A stretch of DNA of 64,000 nt from assembly GCF_006345805.1 (NCBI RefSeq), contig NC_043006.1:84010001-84074000 (forward strand). The letters run 5' to 3'. The stretch comes from Octopus sinensis. Lineage: Eukaryota. The notes under the pieces were generated by a model. It saw nothing but the letters and a program-made list of their open reading frames with translations. It was not told where the DNA came from and ran no database searches. Both the position numbers and the translations under genes were made by a program. Positions 25,959 through 36,155 of the stretch are shown here, in pieces (position 1 is the first letter of the stretch; every line of letters begins with the position of its first letter).

Positions 25959-27023
25959 TGTAACCCCCACCGGTAAAAAGTGGTAGTTACCAGCCATTAT
26001 AAATAGACCAGTAGCCAGTCGAAAGGGGAGGTCAGAAAGTGGAGAGTACGTGTTGACTGTGTTGATAGTCGGGTCTGTGTTGATTTAGTAATTATACTGT
26101 AATACTGAGTGGACGTTATAACTATCCAACCTTTTGAGGACAATAACACTGTACGACTGGGGGTCGTACAGTGCCAGATAAAAAACATTCTATTGACGAC
26201 TTTGGAATTTAACAATATCTGTCAGAGCGACAACCTTCGTCAAAAGACAGATACAACAGTGGCGACGAGGAAAAGCAAATATACGCGGAGTGGAGGAAAA
26301 AAACGTTCACACGGAGAGTTAAACTAATTCATGTGGAGAATTATATTACTCGACAAAAAAGAAACAAAAATCTTGTGCAAACTTACGAAAATCATAAAAT
26401 ATGGAAGACTTGTTGGCTGTGATAATTGAGTTGGAAAAACAGCAACAACAACTCAAGGAACAGTGAGAACAACAACAAAAATTGCAGCAGCAAATGTTGC
26501 AACTAATAACCAAACCAGAGAATACATTTTCACCTGACCATGTAGCAAATTTCCTATGCGAATTCAAATATGACCCCGAAGAAGGAGTAACCTTCGAGGC
26601 TTACTTTTGAAGATTTCAACAAAATTTTGAAAAAGAATGTCAGGATTGAAGGAACGAAATGAAAACGCGTCTAGTTCTAAGAAAACTAGCGACAGCAGAG
26701 TATGAGAAGTATAGTAACTTCATATTGCCAAAATAAGTGTCCGACATAAATTTCACCGACACAGTTGACATTTTGTGCAAAATGCTTAGTGAAAAGAGTG
26801 AAGATAAAGACTCCACTACTTAAACAGGCAGAGTCAACAAAGAATGTGAATTTAGGGTAGATATGCTTATTCTAGATTCCTTTTAAGTGTTTGATTTTTG
26901 CACAAGGATTGACAGAAGGGATGCTGAAATCCGAATGAAAATCCTATCAAAACTGGAAATGAACCAGGATTTGATATTTTATAGAAACTGTCGGAAGAAT
27001 GTAACAAGATATTAAAATTAAGG
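25959..27023 (+). mobile_element. Decayed Gypsy (Mag/K02A2.6-like) element: 5' LTR, PBS and gag relic
   Basis: LTR-like segment with TATAAATA, ending ...TACAACA at 26258. PBS TGGCGACGAGG at 26260-26270 is complementary to the tRNA-Ser(GCU) 3' end. gag relic from ATG 26401: MEDLLAV...FKYDPEEGVTFEAYF*RF...KTRLVLRKL...CLIFAQGLT. The LTR start is uncertain. Confidence 0.75.
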
Positions 27024-27233
27024 CATGACACGGATGATGTATATAGCTTATTAAAATGACCTCAAATCGTGACAGATTTTTGTTCTATTGACACTTCCAC
27101 CCACCACTGCCTTAATTCACGTTCAACTTGCACTTCGTCAGTTACGATGCTGGTCACAATGCGCTTCCCATTATTTTAGCCTTCGATTGATGTCACCCCG
27201 CTGAAGACTATTCCGTCGCAGTCTTACCCATTT

Positions 27234-27588
27234 GGAATCTTTTCGCTTTGACCGGCAGATTTTTAAAATACTTTCCATGTAACTAAAAAATTTTAAACTT
27301 CGTATACTGATAGAATGTGTTTATAAAACATCTTTTTCTCTTGGCTTTCTTGAGAAAATTCTGTAGTTGTAACACATTTTCTTCAATTTCGGCAATTTCA
27401 ACCAATCAATGGCGTCTATTGAGGTGAAAACGATTTCTGCCATAGAGTGTAAACAACATTTTCTGGCGGTGTCATATGAAAATGTCACCCATAATTATGA
27501 CCCTAGTATCGATCTATTGCATTTCAATCTGTTTTAGGGTTAGGGTTAGAGTTAGTTAGGGTTAGGGTTAGGGGTGCGAAAAGATTCC
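27234..27588. mobile_element. MITE copy 1 with 13-bp TIR, 6-bp TSD and (TTAGGG)-like module
   Basis: TIR GGAATCTTTTCGC / GCGAAAAGATTCC; flanking CCATTT at 27228-27233 and 27589-27594. Confidence 0.8.
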
Positions 27589-27938
27589 CCATTTGCGGCT
27601 GAGAGGACTGGAATAACGTGAAATGAAATGTTTTGCTCAAGAACACAACGCACCATCAGGTATGGGAATCGAACCCATGATCAAGCAATCACTAGGCCAC
27701 GCGCCTTCACACACAACGGAAATTACAATTCGGAAATAGTTCTTTTCTTTTTCAAAAAATATTTTTTGTTTTGTTTTGTGCTTTTTTGACATAGTCTTCC
27801 ACCCCAGTTCCATTCTCTTTTCTTTTCTCGTGAGATAGCGATCGTTATTCTGAAAGTTGGTTCAACGGAAATGCCATTGAAAGAAATGGCTTCCGATGAA
27901 ACACCCAGCGCTGATACACAAGTGCACCAAACAAATCA

Positions 27939-28373
27939 GGGATCTTTTCGGTTTGAACGGTAGTTTTTTAAAATAATTTCTACGTAACTAAGCACTTTTA
28001 AACTTCGTATACTAGTAGAATGTGTTTATAAAACATTTTTTTTTCTTGGCTTTATTGAGAAAATTCTATAGTTTGTAAGATATTTGTTGTTTTTTTCTTC
28101 AATTTCTGCAATTTCAACCAATCAATGACGTCTATTGAGGTGAAAACATTCTGTGCCGTATGAATATGTCCCTCGTTTAAGAAACAGATTGGGTTTATTT
28201 ACATTTCTGAAGAAAAAGAGATACCCTTGCCCCACCCATAACCCTAACCCTAACCCTAACTCTAACCCTAAAATAGATTGAAATGCAATAGATCGATACT
28301 AGGGTCATAATTATGGGTGACAATTTCATATGACACCGCTAGAAAAAACTGCCGTTCAAACCGAAAAGATCCC
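27939..28373. mobile_element. MITE copy 2 of the same family, with (CCCTAA)n module
   Basis: TIR GGGATCTTTTCGGTTTGAACGG / CCGTTCAAACCGAAAAGATCCC; flanking AAATCA at 27933-27938 and 28374-28379. Confidence 0.85.
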
Positions 28374-29339
28374 AAATCACTAATAACCAGACATTGTCCG
28401 AGTGCGTACAGAATATTTTGGAGGCGCTCATGTTTTCCACTAATTCTCTGCAAAATGCAAGAGTTGATGCATCGTTCCACGGATCCAGGGTGAAAAAGTC
28501 ACCGAAAATAGAAGTTACACAACGGGAGAACCACAAGGCTGGTACGGAGGTTCTTCGTGGTGTCGGCTTGAATAGAGGTCGCCTTAGATATCAACAATGA
28601 AAATACTGAAAATACACAGAATGTCACGATCTTTTTAAATAAGGTGTTTTCAATCTGTACATGTCATGTACTGTCAGTAAATAATTGACTTAATATTTTT
28701 GTTTTATTGTCTTAGTTTGCTTTAAAAAAATTGAATAAAATACGTTTTTTTTTCACATGTGTTATGCCATCGTCTATAAATTGTGAACAAGTCATATTCT
28801 GTCTGCTAATAACTGACTTAAATGTTTTTGTTTGTTTTATACTTTGATTCGTTATAGTATTTAAATAAAATAGGCGCTGGCCTGGCTGTGTGGTATGAAG
28901 CTTACTTCCCAATGCACTAAGTGAGCAGCGCTTTGGGCAAGTGGCGTTTATTATAGCCTCGGGCCGACAAAAACCTTGTGAGTGGGTTTGGTAGACGAGA
29001 ACTGAAAGCTGCCCGTCGTATGTATGTATGTATGTATGTATGTATGTATGTATGTATGCATGCATGCATGTATGTAATGCATGCATGCATGTATGTAATG
29101 TATGTATGTATGTATGTATGCATGCATGTATGTATGTATGATGTATGTATGTAATATACATATATTATAAATAATAATAATAATTATATATGTATATATA
29201 TATATATATATATATTATAAATAATAGTATATATATATATAAAACAAAAAAGAGTGAAAAAACTACAGAAGGATTGTGTTATATGGTTAAAGAATGTATT
29301 TAAGTCGTTATGTTAGAAAAATGTTACAAAATTTTGCGT

Positions 29340-29576
29340 ATAGTAACATAGTTTTTGGAGAAATAACCGGTTTCGTATTTTCTTTTCAAATTTCTCAAAT
29401 TTCTTTACCTACATCGTGTCACGTCTTCGCTATGTTGTGAAATATTGAGTTCCAGGCAGGGGAATGTAATCAGGGATTTTTTCTGGTATAAGAGAGATAA
29501 TCAAACATGTTGGGAACGACTAATTAAATATGACTTAGTTTAGAAGGAATAGAATATTACAAGTGGTTAAGTTTTG

Positions 29577-29650
<74 letters not shown>

Positions 29651-30300
29651 CAATGAGGTGAGTGGTGAGTTTCCTTATTTAAAAATGTTAGAAATGGTTA
29701 AGTTTTGGCTTATATTTTTCAATGAAGAAGGTTTCCTTGTTTAATCTAACTTGTGTTGGTGTTCCAATAGCACATTGATAGACTAGAAAGATTATAAATT
29801 GTGGTCGTAGTTGCTTTGCGCTTTTCTCAATATGTTCACTAAAGGGTATCATTCAGTATTCTGGGAATGTAATCTGTGGTCGATGCAGAGTGCATCTGCG
29901 TCTGAGCGATAATCCAGTGGACCCTATGTAGTTTTGGTGGCAGCCCGGGCATCTTATGATATAAATCAGGTTTCCTGAAGCACAAGTAAAATTAGATTTG
30001 ATTTTGAATTTTTGCCCCACTTTGAAGAGGAATTCTGATCCTTCAAGAAGGTTTGGGCATGTTGCGCAATTTGGTCTACCACATTGTTTTCCTTTTGCAT
30101 CCATTAGTTCAGAAAATAATTTTGCCTTTGTTAAGATCTTTTTTAGTGATTTCGGTTGTTTGTAGCTTTTGGTGATTTTATGTACGTATAAAATTTCCTT
30201 TAATTTGGTATCCTTATGTAGCACTGGTAAATTCTGGGTGATGATGGTGAAGGCTTCTTTGTTTCTGGGGGTTGTATGTGGATATGCTCAGCAGTATTTT
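29340..30300 (-). mobile_element. Penelope-like element 3' fragment encoding a GIY-YIG endonuclease
   Basis: ORF 29853..30224: CGRPNCATC...FKIKSNFTCASGNLIYIIRCPGCHQNYIGSTGLSLRRRCTLH, the PLE-type GIY-YIG domain with Cys/His motifs. The boundaries are approximate. Confidence 0.82.
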
Positions 30301-30722
30301 GGGAGAAGGTGTGTTCAACACAGTTCAACACAGCAACACACCTTCCGAGTGGCAGGTCACTGTTTGTTCCTAAAGCATCTGAAATTATGTTCAGTCAAAT
30401 TTTTTTGTATTGACTATGTAATTGTCCTTATACTTTTTATACATACAGCCGACACCGAATAATGCTACTAGTGTGTACGTGCACGCGTGTATGTATGTAT
30501 GTATGTATGTATGTATTTATGTATGTATGCGTGTATGTATGTATGTATATATGTACGTATGTATGCGTATATGTGTGTGTGTCTGTGTCTGTGTCTGTGT
30601 CTGTATTATTAAATGTACAGATAGACTTAGACATATACACACACATATATGTACATAAAATTACACATGCATATATTTATGTATGCATTATATAAATATA
30701 CATATATATATGCGTGTGTGTG

Positions 30723-30771
<49 letters not shown>

Positions 30772-30973
30772 ACACACATTCTTTTATTATTCTTTTAGTG
30801 GCTTCAGCCACTCATATATTTATTTATATTTATAGTTATATAGATCTAGAAGAATAAAAAAATTTAACTGACTTGAACCTTGTACTTACAGCTGTATTTA
30901 AACAAACATAAAAGCTGTATATATTTATAATTGCAACATCATATATATAAATGTTAGTATTGTTATTAAATTG

Positions 30974-31005
<32 letters not shown>

Positions 31006-31099
31006 TGTATGTATGTATGTATGTATGTATGTATGTATGTATGTATGTATGTATGTATGTATGTATGTATGTGCAGTTTAGTATGTTTTATGTATATAT

Positions 31100-32665
31100 T
31101 CTCATGCATATAGTTCATGTATATTTAAATGCTAAACTTCTGAAAGGTTTTACAGATATTTACAGTTCCGGTGATGAATTGGATCTGTAGTCTTCGAATT
31201 AGCTTTCTCCTTTCTGGTTTTGAGAAGCCTAATTTCTCAAGATTGGTATTTAGATAGTGCGTTACATATCACAGGGCTCCAATAATTACAGATATATACC
31301 TGAACTTGTAGTATCAATAGAGTAACTGTAGATTTCTCAATAGTTCAGCATAGGTGTTCTCTTTTTCACTGATCTTCAGCTTTATATTAACATCCACTGG
31401 GCAGCTAATTTCCACAACTGTGCACAGTTTCTCTTTTCAATCCCAAATCATAGTATCTGCTCTGCTGTGCTTACATATTATTGAGGTCTTCACTGGAACA
31501 TTCCACTAGTATTCCTTTTATTATGAGTGGCTATGGCTTCTACCATATTGAGGGTTCTTATTTCTTTGTCCTCGGGATTATCCTTCCGACGGATTTCATT
31601 ATAGAGTGTCCTAGCTACAACATCATGTCTCATCGGCAGGTAATACCGTAATGACATTTTCGGACAACTGCTTATGATGTGGGTGATATCTTCAGTATGA
31701 ACTCCACAAAGTCTGCATCGGTTGTCACATTTTACCGCTTTTCCTACATCACTATCCCTTTTGTGCATCAGATACTTGGTTGATATTTCCTGGTCTTGGA
31801 TTGCAAACGCATACCCTTTAAAGTGGGAGATAGTAATCCGGCTATTGGTCCATGATAAACTGCTTTGATAATCGATGTTTTCTACTAACATGACGGAGTT
31901 TTCTACTAACTTATCCAAGCATAATCTTCTGTTCATATAGACTCATCCTTTCATTTGATGATACGTTGCGGCAGAGTCGTGTGACGTCTTTGGGCATATA
32001 ATCTAGGTTATTAGACAAAGAGTGTTGCTCAAGGAGCTGCCTTCTAAGTCTTATGATGTTATCAGTCTCATGTACGCAAACTTGGTCAAGGGATGCACTT
32101 TGACATTTGGTGGTTAAAAAATGTTGCCGAAGGGATATGATACGGCAATCAAAGGCATTTTGGATCGATGTTAAGCCTCTTCCGCCTTGTTTTCGTTTTA
32201 AGCAGAGGTGGTCTACGTCACTGTTTATGTGGAAATTATGTGTGCTTGTTAGTGTTTTTCGGGTTTTCACATTAATAGCTCAGATCTCGTCAAGCGTCCA
32301 ATCAAGCAGCCCAACTGTTGGTGTGAGTTCTGGCACTGCAAATACATAGTGGGCCACTGTTTTATTGAATGCAGAGTTCTGAGGTCCAGATTTTCTTTAT
32401 TCAGCTGTAATATTCTTTAGTAACACGTGTTTTGTTACAAGTGCCATTGTAAGATATATTTTCATCCACCCCTAGATACCTGCAACATTCCTTGTCAGAT
32501 ACAGGGAAACGGTCAAATCATTAATGGAGATGTTACTAATCTGGTGTATAGTTTTCCCCCTTTTCACAACCATATAACAACACTTATCCTGACCAAACTC
32601 CAACCCTACATCCTTTGAGAATGTTGTAGCTAGGTCAAGGTTCTTTTTCATTTCATGCATATTCT
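31100..32665 (-). mobile_element. Longer fragment of the same R4/Dong-like RLE LINE family (RT C-terminus, knuckle, RLE)
   Basis: ORFs LYAKNMHEMKK..FSKDVGLEFGQDKC, HLCLKRKQGGRGL and CRLCGVHTEDITHIISSCPKMSLRYYLPMRHDVVAR. Visibly homologous to 21485-22290 in opposite orientation. Confidence 0.88.
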
Positions 32666-32716
32666 TTGCATAAAGAATGCATGTATGTATATGTGTATGT
32701 ATGCCTTTGTATTACA

Positions 32717-32765
<49 letters not shown>

Positions 32766-33092
32766 ATACATACACGTGTGTGTGTGGTTTTGGAAACATG
32801 TGGAATGCAGAAACGTTTACAGTTACGTATCTGGAAGCCTTTAGTTGTCGAATTACAGACGATGTGAAAACATTCTAACGTTTTGTTAGGTAATCAGAAA
32901 AATAACTGTATTTCCTTACAGATCTTATAAAATTCGGCGCCAGTGCTATCACTGCCATCTTCCACAACTTGAAACCTCACAAATTCAAGCAAACCTTATT
33001 CATGATTAGTAATCATTCAAACAAGGCACGAGAAAAGAAAACATCTATATGTCGATTACGAGCTGTAGTTAGACATGGCTATGAAGCTATAA

Positions 33093-33325
33093 GGCGGTGA
33101 GCTGGCAGAAACGTTAGCACGCCGGGCGAAATGCGTAGCCGTATTTCGTCTGTCGTTACGTTGTGAGTTCAAATTCCGCCGAGGTCGATTTGCCTTTCAT
33201 CTTTCCGGGGTCGGTTAAATAAGTACCGGTTACGCACTGGGCTCGATGTAATCGACTTAATACCTATGTCTGTCCTTGTTTGTCCTCTTGATGTTTAGCC
33301 CTTTGTGGGTAATAAAAAAAAAAGA
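33093..33325 (+). mobile_element. SINE family B. Other copies: about 6480-6690(-), 10540-10680(-), 11105-11540(-, tandem), 14780-15430(-, nested), 17165-17340(-), 19990-20150(-), 20500-20610, 47845-48062, 60488-60715
   Basis: Head GGCGGTGAGCTGGCAGAAACG...GAGTTCAAATTCC, conserved core GCCTTTCATCCTTTCGGGGTCGATAAA.TAAGTACCAG and A-rich tail. Confidence 0.85.
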
Positions 33326-33386
33326 AAATGCTCAGCAATAATCACACGTATATATCAACGTCTTTAACATCTTTGAATATACACGG

Positions 33387-34145
33387 GTGCGGATGGAAGA
33401 CACCAAGAATCGAAGAATATTCATTAAAACAAATATTTATCCTTCAGAAAATGCAGAAATGAGATGCAACGTACCTATCATTGATAAATTTACAGTCAAA
33501 ATGGTTTATGAATTGCACAAGCGATGTGACATCGTTTTGTACAAAAAAGTGGATATTTGGCACAAATTTCAAGTACTCACAAGGCTTATGATTCCTTTTA
33601 GTACCTTCTATTTTTTTCAAATGATCAAGACAGATACCATTTTTAAAAAATAGATCAACCCAGGAACAGAAAAGAAACCAGTCGCTTAATCAGTTTCAAA
33701 GACATTTATTTATATTATTTTATGGCATGGGTTGTAAGATTCAAAGAAGTAACAGACAATTTGATAGTAGATATATATGCTAAAATATGATACAGAAAGA
33801 TTGAAATCCATTCGAAGTCGAGTGAAGTTAAAGGCAGACGATTATAATCAATTTAGAGATGCCATCGAATTTAACTGTGATCTATGAAATATTGACCAGT
33901 CAACCATACTGGCATCAAATTCCACAGGAGAACCTCGTTACATGCATGAACAAACCCAAGATGCGATAACTTATGACAGAATGCTTGACCATCCGGATCC
34001 TTTATTACATTCACCTGTAACGCAAAATGTAATGAAATCTATCATACAGTTTCTCAATATCAAAAGCTCGAGAACTGGCATATCGTTATTGTTCCGGGGT
34101 TTCCATAAAAAGCACAAGAAAATCCTCTTGTTAAAATCACCATAA
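33387..34145 (+). pseudogene. Helitron Rep domain relic
   Basis: Frameshifted translation includes ERLKSIR..KLKADDYNQFRDAI, ILASNSTGEPRYMHEQTQDAITY and PD-/FITFTCNAK. These match Helitron Rep ILPSS.TGSPRYM...QDA and PDLFITFTCNP.W. Confidence 0.8.
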
Positions 34146-34411
34146 AAAAGGGGATGTTCCATATTTCGGAAGTCACGACCATATCACGACCACGTCACGA
34201 AAACGTACTGGTGATAATTATTCTATTCTTATGATTTATTTGATGTTAAATGGTTTGTCATTTGGATTTCAAAAAAGTTCGATTTCTTGTTAGTTACAAC
34301 TTTGCTGAAAATTTCAAGTATGAAAAAATTGTGCAATTGATCTGGTGGATCCTATTCTTGAATTAATGGCAAAAATGGCTTGAATTAATGGCAAAAATTG
34401 TAGGGGATAGT

Positions 34412-35598
34412 CAAAGGTGAGCACGGTCCCGCTAATCCGCTAACTAGCGAAGCTAACTTTTCATTTGACGGGTTGGCGTTTTCGCTAACTTTGGAAACCG
34501 TTAGCAGACCAATTAGTTTCCGCTAAATTTCATTCCGTTAACTTAAATTCGCTGACAAAATTCATGTTTGTTCCTGTCTGTTGTGGGCATGTCTCGAAGA
34601 GTCCGTCAGGCATGCTATTGGCTGATTACGTGTAGACGTAACAATATGTGATTGATTGACGCAGCACAGCTAGCAGAGTAGTATTGTGTAATTCTGCAGT
34701 TTTGAGTTGTGTTCACTTACGACGTTTCCACATTACAGACAGTCTTACAGTGTCAGCAACAACTGTGTACGTCATCAACTTACCAAGTTATCGCTTATCG
34801 TTATGGAAGGTGAAGAGGTTTTTGTTCGGCCTGAGGATGAAGGGCCTGTTGAGGAGTCTGCATCGGTTGTGAATGAAGCAGAGGTCGCTCAGGTTGAGAG
34901 CCAGGAGCCTAAGAACCCGTGGCCCCACTTAGAGGACTACTTTGTCCTTACGTCAAGGGATAAGAGGAAAGCCAAAATCCTGTACTTCCTGTGCGTCATG
35001 TACCAACCCAAGGAGACCACCATCAAGGGACGAGCGGTGAGCCTCTACAACTTGAACTCGAATGTCAAGAGGGAACACCCAGCGCTTGCTACCCAGTTTG
35101 AGGAGAGGATCAAAGTAGGCTCTTCCCGTAGGAAACACAGGCAATCTTCTGGTAGCAGTGCCAGTAGCCAGTCGTCGCAGCTATGTGCAAAGAAAGCACG
35201 CCAGCCCAGCATTGGCGAGGCAATTGCCCACACTGCTGGTACTGGCGTCCATCAGTCTATGGTGGACAGAGGGATTGTAGACCTGTTTGTCGACAACATG
35301 CTACCGCTGCATTAAGTGGAATCCTCCACCTTTGCCGGTCTGATCAAGACGCTAAACCCCAGCAAGACGTCGATGTCCGCCGCACCGTGGACAGGATGAT
35401 CTTGGCCAGCCATAAACAGCTGGAGGAGTATCTTACAAGGTATTCATAAATTAAAATTATACAAGTTTATTAAATTATTATTAAGGAATACTTCATATTT
35501 TCTTAATTTAATTATTTATTAGATAATTATTTTCTTAATTAATATAATAAAGTGTATAATAGCTAACTGAAATAAATATCATAATATATAATATACGG

Positions 35599-35658
<60 letters not shown>

Positions 35659-36120
35659 CACTCATGATTAGGTCTGCATAGCCAAAACAGCATTCTTTAA
35701 TGAAATAACGAGTAAACGAACCTTAAGTGAACTTATTAAATTCCGACCATCATTCCATCCTCCACCTCGGTTATTCATCCTCCACCCCAACGCGTCACCT
35801 ATCCGGGAAGTATTACTATTTTCAAAAGTTTAATAACAAGGCTTTACATTACAAGCAATATTTCCATGAATTTAGAACAGTCTAGTAACAAGTGTTAAAC
35901 TACAATCGGTGTGATTTCTATAAACAGAATATGGTTATAAAATACTGCGATCAAATGTCCTGCTTCCTTCCTACCCGCAAAAAATTGTACAAACCACGTG
36001 CTCACAAAAACCATTGCAGCTTGCGTGGAGATGCGGATGAGAGGCTAGTTTTTTTTCTTTTAGCAGGCCTTGATCACACTTTGCGTCAGTTTATATATGT
36101 GTGTGTGTGTGAGTGTGTGT

Positions 36121-36155
<35 letters not shown>

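Noticed and set aside
27535-28272. (TTAGGG)n as a true telomere or fusion site
   Set aside because: The tracts are short, degenerate and internal to TIR/TSD-bounded MITEs.
32922-33090. Strong acceptor TTTCCTTACAG followed by open frames (DLIKFGASAITAIF... or SYKIRRQCYHCH...)
   Set aside because: No convincing donor or recognisable protein; it needs RNA-seq.
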